Positions 50,689 to 59,794 of a stretch of DNA of 64,000 nucleotides are shown piece after piece. The notes beneath the pieces are model-generated. The model was not told the origin of the DNA, made no database searches, and saw nothing but the letters and a program-made list of their open reading frames with translations. The DNA lies in the NCBI GenBank assembly GCA_946011725.1, contig CAMGBT010000004.1:2422-66421 (forward strand). Reading direction: 5' to 3'. Source of the DNA: an uncultured Bacteroidales bacterium. Lineage in GTDB: Bacteria; Bacteroidota; Bacteroidia; Bacteroidales; Muribaculaceae. The position numbers and the translations under genes were made by a program. The number at the start of each line of letters is the position of its first letter. Position 1 is the first letter of the stretch.

Positions 50689-51308
50689 ACGTATGCTATC
50701 ATTACTCGGTGATTGGTTACCGACATGAATTTCACTTTGGAGCATCCGGCATTCAGAAAATGGTTCTTCAAATCTTCATTGCTGAAAAGATGGATATGCT
50801 CCGGATTGTCGTCCGGCTTAGATGGCACTGACACAATGACGTAGTTCCTTGCCAATCGTATAGAATTCCTCACCACCGTCAGCGTGTCAGGGATGTGTTC
50901 CATCACTTCGAGCATCGTTACCACATCAAAACTCTTATCCGGAGCATCCCATGTGCAGATGTTTTCCAGCAGCGGATGCAGATTGGTGATACCTCCCACA
51001 TTCAGGCACTCATGCAAAGCCACTCGACGTGGGAGAATGTCCAAACTCGTCACCTCCAACTCGGGAAAAGCGCAGAGCAGGGGAAATAGGAATACGCCCC
51101 TGCCGCTGCCCACATCGAGCAAAGTCTTGCACTGTTCTGCCTGCACAATGCCGTGCAGGAAACTCAGCACCACTTGCACTCGCGGGAGGACCTCCTTCAC
51201 TTTGAAGTAGTGCAGTTTAATTTCCGGCGCATCCGCGGCCCCGGCGTATTTCATTTCGTATCCGCGCTTGTACGCTTCGGCGAGGCGAGTAAAGTATTGT
51301 TGTTCCAT
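50685..51308 (-). CDS. Class I SAM-dependent methyltransferase
   Basis: LLDVGSGRG, TSLDI, FDVVTMLEVMEHI, SVPSKPDDNPEHIHLF. Confidence 0.92.
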   Translation of the reverse strand: MEQQYFTRLAEAYKRGYEMKYAGAADAPEIKLHYFKVKEVLPRVQVVLSFLHGIVQAEQCKTLLDVGSGRGVFLFPLLCAFPELEVTSLDILPRRVALHECLNVGGITNLHPLLENICTWDAPDKSFDVVTMLEVMEHIPDTLTVVRNSIRLARNYVIVSVPSKPDDNPEHIHLFSNEDLKNHFLNAGCSKVKFMSVTNHRVMIAYV

Positions 51309-51548
51309 ATCAGTCGCCGCTGTAATGGCCGGCGATGCCGTCCGTAAGGTTATATGGTTGACCGTCGACCAAGCACGTATGGTCGCCGAGATTTTTCAGC
51401 ACCTCAGCCTCGGCGGCGTTGCATTGCAACAATGCGTTGAGCGCATCGGCCTTCGACATCAGCACTTGGTAGAAAATGCACTGCAATTCGCGCGAAAGGT
51501 CGGAGTAACTCTCCTCCTCGTAGCGAAAGTCCTCATAGCTGCGGAATT
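51299..51548. repeat. 250-bp direct repeat, copy B (inside the lipoprotein 3' end and MTase start)
   Basis: 243 of 250 nt identical to 48399-48648. Confidence 0.95.
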
Positions 51549-52134
51549 GTTCGAGCACAAATCGGTAATCCTCACGTGCTAACTGCTTCACTTCCGCACT
51601 CGGATAGTGGTCGATCACCCGCTTGTAGGCATCGAGCAGGCGGTAGTCGGCCAACATCACCATACGGTACGCCGACATGGTCATCTCGCCTTGCGAACCT
51701 ACGCTGTAATAACCTACAACGCTCTCGGCCACCTCGAGTAGCCGCTCTACATCGGCGCTGCTCGTCATCTGCGCCTTAGCCACCTGATGCCACACCATCG
51801 CGACATCAACTTCGTCGATGGAGTCAATCACAGTGATTCGGTCATACGAGTCATAAAGTGAAACCACCACCGCGACAGTGTCGCCGTATGTCTTCATCAG
51901 ATATGCGTTTCGGTTATCATTGCAATAGCCTAAATCCTCAAGCGTATATTCACCCATGCGAGCATACACCGAATCGCCAATGGCAAAGCATCGCGCCACC
52001 GCGCTCGGTGAACACTCCACATAAGGCATCACCACGCTGTCATTCAGCCCAAGGCTGCGCTCCTCCATTGCCGATTCGCTGCAAGAGCACACTCCTGCAG
52101 CCGCCACAGCCATAGCCAAAAGTATCTTCTTCAT
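51310..52134 (-). CDS. Hypothetical lipoprotein (274 aa)
   Basis: MKKILLAMAVAAAGVCSC lipobox. Stop lies 1 nt from the MTase ATG. Confidence 0.85.
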   Translation of the reverse strand: MKKILLAMAVAAAGVCSCSESAMEERSLGLNDSVVMPYVECSPSAVARCFAIGDSVYARMGEYTLEDLGYCNDNRNAYLMKTYGDTVAVVVSLYDSYDRITVIDSIDEVDVAMVWHQVAKAQMTSSADVERLLEVAESVVGYYSVGSQGEMTMSAYRMVMLADYRLLDAYKRVIDHYPSAEVKQLAREDYRFVLEQFRSYEDFRYEEESYSDLSRELQCIFYQVLMSKADALNALLQCNAAEAEVLKNLGDHTCLVDGQPYNLTDGIAGHYSGD

Positions 52135-52161
52135 AATGAATAAATTAGAAAGTTAATAATT

Positions 52162-52245
52162 TCAAACCAAAGTCTCCATGAATGCCTTGACAAACTCCTT
52201 GTTGACCAAGTTATGGGCTTCATTAAATACTTCCTTGAATGTCAT
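52162..52245 (-). CDS. Small ORF (27 aa) leading the lipoprotein/repair operon
   Basis: MTFKEVFNEAHNLVNKEFVKAFMETLV*. About 30 nt downstream of a TAAATTTG promoter motif, with an AT-rich ribosome-loading context. Confidence 0.5.
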   Translation of the reverse strand: MTFKEVFNEAHNLVNKEFVKAFMETLV

Positions 52246-52474
52246 AATATAAAACTTTTTGATGAGTAAATCATGCAAATTTACAACCATAGACACCAAT
52301 CCCCACCCAATATCTATCACCAATATTAAAAATTAACAGGAATTAACGTTTGCCCTCTCGGCCGCGGGGCGGTTCGGTGGCAAGGCGGAAGCGCAATGCA
52401 AGCTATCAAACACCTCGCCCAGCTTGGGTTTTGTGGTGAGGCGGAAGCCGAACTGCCTCCGCCTCGCCGCCGGC

Positions 52475-53394
52475 TTAGGGCGCGATGACAATGTTGTACT
52501 GACCTTCGGCTCCGCAGCCGATATTGTAGGGGTGGAAGTAGAACAGGATGCCGCCACCGACGAAGGCGGCGCCATCTGCACGTTCGATTAGCGCCTCGCC
52601 GGTAGAAATCATCGGTTTAAAACTGTTTTTAGCCACCTATTCGAAGTAACTGTTCAAAAGCAACGCACCGATTTCTGACTGGTCATATTTAGACAAAATA
52701 TCCGAAAGGGTAAGCACTTTGCCAGTCTGTTTATTTATTGTGTAATAATCAGCCTTACTCGGGCATCCACAGGTAATGTGGCAATTAAAGCTCAATTCAA
52801 AAATGTATGTAGCCCACTCATCATCCTCGTATAACTTATGGCAAACAGTGCATCCGCGAGATCCCGGTACCTCACCATAATGCTCGTACTGCGGGCCGTA
52901 GCCATTGATTCGCGTAAGTTCATCGAATAATCGTTCCCAACTATCCAGAAACTTTTCGGTTGATTGCTTGTTGATTACACGGTCATTTATTGCCGAAAAC
53001 TGCGCCGGAACTATATCGCCAATAAATGTGGCGGGGATTATGGTATCGACCATAGTGAGAACGGTTTCTCGCACGATTTCATTCGGGAACTCCTCATCCA
53101 AGTAGATGCCCATGCTCATCTCGAACCACGCCGTGTCATCAGGCATTAGCCAGGTGCGCACATATTCTTTGTGAATCAGTCGGGGATGTTGTCAAGCACC
53201 GAGTCGCAATACGCCCCGGTGGAATCCTGATTCATTCCATAGAAAAGATCAAGTAGCAATAAGCTGTTATCCGGATTCTCGTTACTACCGGTTTGGGGAA
53301 CACTCGCGGAGGTGCAACCCGGTGCGAGTGCAGTTACGGTGCACAAAGCAATCACCATTGCCGAGCACCAAATTATAAGTTTTCGTTTAGCCAT
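52475..53394 (-). pseudogene. Decayed paralog of the adjacent DUF3298/RsiV-like lipoprotein
   Basis: 1-nt deletion near 53180 (CCCGACTG versus paralog CCCGGACTG) and an in-frame TAG at 52637-52639. The downstream frame still reads ...GILFYFHPYNIGCGAEGQYNIVIAP*. Confidence 0.9.
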
Positions 53395-53564
53395 TTGAGA
53401 ATATTTTTAAAACAACGGCAAAGGTAACAATTTTTCAGCGAATAATCGCACATTCCGGCAAAAAAATTTGTTCAAGTGGGCGCGACTCTTTCATTTAAAT
53501 ATGGGATTCAGAAGCGCTATTCGGTGCCAAATTCTCTGGCGAAGGGCAGAAAGTTGCCACCGGT

Positions 53565-54485
53565 TTAGGGTGCGATGATAAGGTTGTACTGACCTTCGGC
53601 GCCGTTGCCGATATTGTAGGGTTGGAAGTAGAATAGGATGCCCTCGTTGATGATTGCCACGCCATCGGCCTTGCTTATAAGATCGTCGCCGGTGTATTTG
53701 CCTGCGTAATTGTTTTTTATTAAGGCCTCGGTTGTGTAGGCTGATACAAGCATCGCCCCGATTTTGCTTCGGCCGTACTGTGCTATAACTTCGTTGACGG
53801 CAAGGACTTTACCCGTGCGTTTATCAATTGTGAAATAGTCTACATAACAATGTGCTCCACAAGAACCGTGAAAGGTGCAGTTAAACGTCAAAGCATAAGT
53901 GGCCCATTCGGCATCTTCGTAGATCTTGTGGCATACAGTGCATCCACGTGAATCGAATATCTCGTTAAAATGCTCATCTTGAGGGCCATACCCATTGAGT
54001 CGGGTAAGTTCATCAAACACACGCTCCCAACTGTCGAGAAAGTCTTTGGTCGACTGTTTGCTGATTTCGCGATTTTTTAATGCCTCAACCTGCGCACCAT
54101 GAAGATCGTACTCAAAAGTAATCGGAATAATTGAATCAACCTTCGTGAGGATACTTTCCCTCACTAACTCATTGGGGAACTGTTCATCCAAGTAGATACC
54201 CATGCTTATCATGTACCGAATTGAGTCGATATTATAGCTCCAGTAATGTTCACATTCTTTGTGAACCAGTCCGGGGATGGTGTCAAGCACCGAGTCGACG
54301 AATGCTCCGCTGGAATCCCTCTCCATACAGTAGTATGAATCCATCAACGGAGTGCGCGCCGACAAATCATCTTCGCCGGCGCTTTCTGTGGTACCGGCGT
54401 CGGTACACCCTTGAGCCCCAACTCCTAAAGTGCACAAAGCAATCACCATTGCCGAGCACCAAATTATAAGATTTCGTTTAGCCAT
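53565..54485 (-). CDS. Lipoprotein with a DUF3298/RsiV-like C-terminal domain
   Basis: AQGC lipobox, YFTIDKRTGKVL, FYFQPYNIGNGAEGQYNLII. Confidence 0.8.
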   Translation of the reverse strand: MAKRNLIIWCSAMVIALCTLGVGAQGCTDAGTTESAGEDDLSARTPLMDSYYCMERDSSGAFVDSVLDTIPGLVHKECEHYWSYNIDSIRYMISMGIYLDEQFPNELVRESILTKVDSIIPITFEYDLHGAQVEALKNREISKQSTKDFLDSWERVFDELTRLNGYGPQDEHFNEIFDSRGCTVCHKIYEDAEWATYALTFNCTFHGSCGAHCYVDYFTIDKRTGKVLAVNEVIAQYGRSKIGAMLVSAYTTEALIKNNYAGKYTGDDLISKADGVAIINEGILFYFQPYNIGNGAEGQYNLIIAP

Positions 54486-54580
54486 TTGAAAATAATCTTA
54501 AATCTATTGCAAAGATAAAACTTTTTCAGAAATTATACACTCCTCAAAGCCATTTATTTTAACGGCTTAAGCGCGAAAAA

Positions 54581-55549
54581 TCAGTCTTCGGCAAACTCCC
54601 TAACGAAGGGCAGAAAATTACCGTCAGGGTTGTGGCTGCGGTGGGCGTTGTGGTCGTCAAGGATGGCGAAGCTCACCAAACGATACTTGTTGCGGAACTC
54701 CGGTTCGTCGAACACTTCGTGGAACAGGCGGGCGATGTGCGAGGGCGGATTGCGGAAGGCTCCGCACCCGAGTGCGCCAAGCACCAACGAATCGTGGCCA
54801 TTACGTAAGCCGATGCGCAAGATGGTCCGAATCTTGTTCCGGGTGCCTTCAACCATGCTGTCGGCCAAGTGCGTTGCATCCTTCATTTCCGGACGGTTGA
54901 TGCCGGCCACGGCGATGAACGACAGCCGCTCGGGCTGATCCATCAGTTTATAGCCGGAGCGTTCTCCTTCGCGGAAGAGTAGGGCATCCGGCGTGTACAC
55001 CCCGCCGAAGTTGCGGTCCAACGGATAGCTCTCGCCCACTCGCACCGGAATCAACTGCCGCCCGGGCACGTGTGCATCGGTAAACTGATACAGCGACCGG
55101 AAGAGATTGGTACGACGGAAAAGCGTCTCCTCTTGCGCGCCGGCGCCGTTGAGCACACCGCCGCCGGGCATAATCCGGCTGGCCATATTCAGTACAGCAG
55201 GGTGGAAGCCGGCACGAGTGAGCCGCACGCCCTCGTCCAAGCAATCCACATTGTGAACCTCAAACCGCGTCGGCTCTGTCCGCATCGGCACATCCTTCAC
55301 TGAGAACGCATTCCGATAGAACACACTTCCCTGTTCCATGTGCTGCAAGTCGGGGAACATCACGCTCCGACTCTCCTCAGTGGTATACCCCCCCTGATTC
55401 ACGAGTGCGATAGTGTTGCGATACTCCTCCGCCCGCAACTCTCGCACCTTACTATATGCCAACTGATCGCCGCACTTGGCCATGCGCATCAGCGGCTCAT
55501 ACTCCCGCAAGAATTCCTGCGAACTCCAACTTATATTCGTTTTTTCCAT
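54581..55549 (-). CDS. TIGR02452 / DUF2263 family bacterial PARG-like macrodomain protein
   Basis: VLNMAS..PGGGVLNGAGAQEETLFRRTNL, LVLGALGCGAFRNPP, FAI. Confidence 0.92.
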   Translation of the reverse strand: MEKTNISWSSQEFLREYEPLMRMAKCGDQLAYSKVRELRAEEYRNTIALVNQGGYTTEESRSVMFPDLQHMEQGSVFYRNAFSVKDVPMRTEPTRFEVHNVDCLDEGVRLTRAGFHPAVLNMASRIMPGGGVLNGAGAQEETLFRRTNLFRSLYQFTDAHVPGRQLIPVRVGESYPLDRNFGGVYTPDALLFREGERSGYKLMDQPERLSFIAVAGINRPEMKDATHLADSMVEGTRNKIRTILRIGLRNGHDSLVLGALGCGAFRNPPSHIARLFHEVFDEPEFRNKYRLVSFAILDDHNAHRSHNPDGNFLPFVREFAED

Positions 55550-55768
55550 TGTTATAAATTATTTTGCGGCAAATATACGCATTTATTTCGACATCTCAAA
55601 ATATTTAGCTACAAAATCATTCAAATGCCCCCGCTATTTTCGTGCAGATTCGGGAGATTCGTGTTCGTTTTTCCCAAACGCTCTGCCTAAATCTGCGTGA
55701 GCCAAACCATCCTAATGGCAAATCGTAAAAAATTGTCGGAATCGTCTTTATCCCGACGGAGATGGGTG

Positions 55769-56077
55769 CTACCGGCGGGAAAGTTCGCGCCAGAGGTGTT
55801 TGATGGCGGCCATCGGGTGGTAGAGGAGCATGCGCGGGCCGGACCAGCGCATCACTGCGCGGATGCGATCTTTCATGTCGGGGCGGTAGCAATGGATAGG
55901 ACACTTGCGGCAGGTCGGTTTCTGTGCGCCGAAGCGGCAGCGGTCGAGGCGGCTGTGGGCGTAGGACAACAGCTCGCGGCAACTGTCGCAGAGCACCTCA
56001 TTGCCCTCGCGCTTGCGGCAATAGAGTCGAATCATCTGCTCCACCACCGCTTTCTCTTCGGATATGCGTTTACACAT
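55769..56077 (-). CDS. YgbA / nitrous-oxide-stimulated promoter family protein
   Basis: E...V..MIRLYC, C..LL.YA..RL..C.FG..KP.C.KCPIHCY.P..K..IR.VMRWSGPRML..HP. Confidence 0.93.
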   Translation of the reverse strand: MCKRISEEKAVVEQMIRLYCRKREGNEVLCDSCRELLSYAHSRLDRCRFGAQKPTCRKCPIHCYRPDMKDRIRAVMRWSGPRMLLYHPMAAIKHLWRELSRR

Positions 56078-56828
56078 AGAATTCGTTGGGTTTGCGCGTG
56101 GCGCACACTTTTTTGAGACCTTGTGTGGCGAGGAAGTTCATCACCGCGCCAATGCTTCGAGCGCCGGTTGGGCATACCGATACGCACTTCATGCAGGAAA
56201 TGCACTTGGCGGTATCCACCGCCTTGGGGTTGTCGAGGGGGATGGCGTCGGCGGGGCAATGGGCGGCGCACACGCCGCACTGATTGCAGCCGCGGCGGCC
56301 TTTGGGGTGGGGTACCATACCCGGTTTCTTGTAGGGGCGGTTGCCGGGCACTTGTGGCACGGTGCACGTACCGGCTTCCACCTTGCGCAGAATCTCTGTG
56401 CCGAAGCCTTGCAACTCATGCTCATCGTCGGCATCCGGACGTCCATGGCCGTACTTGCGGATGATGCTGTGTTCGGCCGAAGCCGCCACGGCCGCCACCA
56501 CGCGGAAGCCGGTATCGGAGGCCACGTCGAGCAGTTCCACTAACGCATCATCGTAGGCACGGTTGCCAAAGACCACTGCCACCACGCACCGCGCATTATT
56601 GGCTTTCACCGACCGCAAGCGCTCCACGGCCAATGCCGGCACGCGTCCGGCAAACACAGGCATAGCGATGATCACCAAGTCGTCCGCGGCGATATCCGGC
56701 AGCGAAAGTGCGTCGCTTTTGACGCACAAATCCGTAACGACCGCATCCGCGCCTATCCCGCGGCAAAGCATATCACTGACCCGACGCGATCCTCCCGTGG
56801 GGCTGAAAACTATCTGATGTACCTTCAT
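56070..56828 (-). CDS. EFR1-family flavodoxin-ferredoxin (4Fe-4S) protein
   Basis: FSPTGGS, MPVFAGR, VFGNRAYDDAL, and two CxxCxxCxxxCP motifs. Confidence 0.92.
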   Translation of the reverse strand: MKVHQIVFSPTGGSRRVSDMLCRGIGADAVVTDLCVKSDALSLPDIAADDLVIIAMPVFAGRVPALAVERLRSVKANNARCVVAVVFGNRAYDDALVELLDVASDTGFRVVAAVAASAEHSIIRKYGHGRPDADDEHELQGFGTEILRKVEAGTCTVPQVPGNRPYKKPGMVPHPKGRRGCNQCGVCAAHCPADAIPLDNPKAVDTAKCISCMKCVSVCPTGARSIGAVMNFLATQGLKKVCATRKPNEFYV

Positions 56829-57188
56829 TATAGTGTTGATTCTTGCGTTTTGTAATCTTTTACAAAGTTAAGCAAAATCCGGCAAACGACCAAAATTTTC
56901 AACGTCAGACGTAAACGTAGGACATAGTTTTTTAATGTAGAATGTAGGGCTACAATTGCCGATATTGGTGTTTTTAAGGACTTGGCGCACGGCTTCTTTC
57001 TCCTCCTTTTCATAATGAACATCCACCTTGCCAAAATGGAAGGGTTGATCGTTCGCGGAAATTGTAGTATTTTCCTAATTGTCAGATGTTTGCGATTGTA
57101 ATTACTCTGTTGGTACGGATTTTGCCTAAATTATGTCGAGTGCAAAACGAATTATTTTGTACAACAAATGTAGAGTAATTAACGTTTC

Positions 57189-58316
57189 ATGCAGATGGAA
57201 GAAAATTCGCAGCATTTCCTCGAACTGATACGACGCTCACACCGTGGACGCTTTAAGATCTACATCGGAATGATTGCCGGAGTGGGCAAGACCTATCGCA
57301 TGCTTCAGGATGCGCGCGAGATGCTCCGCAGTGGCACGGATGTACGCATTGGCTATGTGGAAACGCACGGCCGTCCCGACACGGTGCGGATGTTGAAAGG
57401 CCTACCGATCATCCCGCGCAAGCGCGTGTTTTACAAAGGAAAGGAGATCGAGGAGATGGATCTTGATGCCATCCTGCAGGTTCACCCCGACATCGTTATC
57501 GTGGATGAGTTGGCACACTCCAACGTGGAAGGACAGCGCAATGCCAAGCGGTGGCAAGACGTTATGGAACTGCTCGATGCCGGCATCAATGTGCTCTCTG
57601 CGGTCAACATTCAGCATATCGAGAGCCTGAAAGATGAGATAAAGGAAATGGTGGGCATCGATGTGAAGGAGCGAATTCCTGATCGCGTGCTGCAAGAGGC
57701 CGACGAGGTGGTGAATATCGACCTTACGGCAGAAGAACTTGTGGAACGCCTTAAAGCCGGAAAAATATATGCCAAAGATAAGATTCAAACGGCTCTTGAC
57801 AACTTCTTCCAGTCAAGAAACATACTTCAACTGCGCGAACTTGCACTGCGTGAGGTTGCCTTCCGAGTAGGGAAGAAGGTTGAAGAGGAGGTGCTGCCAA
57901 AAGCTTGTAAGACGAAAGGCTTGTCGAGGATAGTGGTATGTGTGAGCAGTAATAGCGAAACACAACAGCATATCATCCGTAAGGCTGCCCGTTTGGCCGA
58001 CACCTATGACGCTGACCTGCTGGCGCTCTATGTGCAGACTCCCAACGAGAACGACGACCGCATTCCCTTGGACTCGCAGCGCCATCTGATGACCCATCTG
58101 GAGCTGGCCTTACAGCTTGGCGGAACTGTCCACAAGGTGGTTTCCGACAACATTACGCAGAGTATCGCCGATTTCTGCCGACAGCAGCATGCCACACTGC
58201 TCTGCATGGGTCAACCCTCGTTCTCTTTTCTCCGCTTGCTGAGGCGAGCCGGTAGTTACCGAAAATTATTGTCTGAATTAAAAGAAATGGGCGTGGATTT
58301 AGTTATCTTCGCATAA
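57189..58316 (+). CDS. kdpD: KdpD N-terminal sensor domain plus Usp domain (split KdpD)
   Basis: GRFKIYIGMIAGVGKTYRML, VETHGR, VDELAHSN, KRWQDV, NIQHIESL, LRELAL. Confidence 0.93.
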   Translation: MQMEENSQHFLELIRRSHRGRFKIYIGMIAGVGKTYRMLQDAREMLRSGTDVRIGYVETHGRPDTVRMLKGLPIIPRKRVFYKGKEIEEMDLDAILQVHPDIVIVDELAHSNVEGQRNAKRWQDVMELLDAGINVLSAVNIQHIESLKDEIKEMVGIDVKERIPDRVLQEADEVVNIDLTAEELVERLKAGKIYAKDKIQTALDNFFQSRNILQLRELALREVAFRVGKKVEEEVLPKACKTKGLSRIVVCVSSNSETQQHIIRKAARLADTYDADLLALYVQTPNENDDRIPLDSQRHLMTHLELALQLGGTVHKVVSDNITQSIADFCRQQHATLLCMGQPSFSFLRLLRRAGSYRKLLSELKEMGVDLVIFA

Positions 58317-58328
58317 TTTTTAAAGAAT

Positions 58329-59782
58329 ATGACTACAAAAGAAAAACTAACGCTCTCCGTGGGCATTTTGGTGTCGCTAATCATCGGATTAGTAGTGCTT
58401 TCGGCCATCAGCCTGCAGATACTGACTGCCACCGAACCCACTTCCCCGGTGGCGGACTATGGCCTCACGAGGGCATTAACATTACTGCTTCTGTTCGGCG
58501 GATTGAGCATCGCAGTGGGTGTGTGGATGCTGATCAAATTGCCCGAGTACATCACCCGTCCTTTTCAGGAACTTAGCGAGGGCATCAACGAAATTGCCAA
58601 TCACAACTACGACACTCAGTTGAACCTTCATGGTGGCGAGGCTATGGAACAGTTATCGTCCAATTTCAATCGGATGGCATCTCGACTGCGTGATTATCAC
58701 AATTCATCTCCAAATTGCGCGTATCAAAGCAATATATCGAAACCATCATCGACTCCATCGACGAACCTATCGTATGCTTGGACCAAGAACTCACACTCTT
58801 TTTCATCAACAATGAAGCCCTGAGCATACTCAATCTCCGACGTGAGGATGCCGTGGGAAAGTCAGCGCAGGAAATCGCTATGCGCAACGACCTTCTCCGC
58901 CGACTGCTTGTAGGCATGGACGGCTCCAAGGCGCAAGAGTCTGAAGACAAAAAAGCTGAGCCTCTGAAAATTTATGCCGACAACAAAGAAAGTTATTTCC
59001 AAGTGAAATATCTGCCGGTAAGAATGACTGCCTCTGATGGCAGCATAAGGGAAAGCGGCACAGTGATCATGCTGAAGAATATCACGGAATTCCATAAGTT
59101 GGATGTTGCAAAAACCACCTTCATCTCCACAATCTCTCACGAGTTGAAGACCCCAATCTCCGCCATCCTCATGAGCCAGCAACTGCTTGCCGACAATCGT
59201 GTGGGCGGACTCAATCCCGAGCAAAAGGAACTCTCCGACAGCATCCGCGAGAATGGCGAGCGCCTTCTCAGCATCACCGGCGAGTTGCTAAACATGACGC
59301 AAGTAGAAAGCGGTGTGCTCCAACTTAAACCGCATATCACCAAGCCGATCGAACTGATTGACTACGCCATCAAGGCCAACCAAGTGCAGGCCGACAAATT
59401 CCACATCAACGTAGAAGTGGATTACCCCAAGGAGAAGATAAGCAAGCTATATGTCGACAGCGAAAAAATCGCATGGGTGCTGACCAATTTGCTCAGCAAT
59501 GCCATTCGATACTCCTCGGAAAATGACCGCGTGATTATAGGCGCTTTGCAACAGGATGAGCACCACATTATTCTTTACGTTCAGGACTTCGGCCGCGGCA
59601 TCGACCCTCGCTATCACGAAAGCATCTTTGAGCGCTATTTCCGTGTGCCCGGCACCAAAATTCAAGGCAGCGGTCTGGGGCTTTCCATATCGCGCGACTT
59701 TGTTGAGGCGCATAATGGCACGCTTACGGTCGAAAGCGAATTAGGCAAGGGCAGCAAGTTTATCGTTTCTTTACCGGTTTAA
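58329..59782 (+). pseudogene. HAMP-PAS histidine kinase broken by a frameshift
   Basis: TM-HAMP portion (to ...RLRDYHNS) and PAS-HisKA-HATPase portion (SKLRVSKQYIE...SHELKTP...NAIRYS...DFGRGI...GSGLGL) are in different frames, switching at about 58701-58714. Confidence 0.85.
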
Positions 59783-59794
59783 AATCACACAGCT

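Larger units (their letters stand above)
42250..56900. mobile_element. Putative integrase-associated accessory island (boundaries approximate)
   Basis: Integrase at the left edge, non-housekeeping cargo, pseudogenes, internal repeats and AT-rich patches. No att sites or transfer genes identified. Confidence 0.5.

Noticed and set aside
48399-51548. 250-bp repeat pair as a DGR template/variable repeat
   Set aside because: The 7 differences are not confined to adenines on either strand, and no reverse transcriptase is in the window.
56828-57034. 68-aa minus-strand ORF upstream of the EFR1 gene
   Set aside because: Overlaps promoter-type AT-rich sequence, with no motif or plausible translation context.
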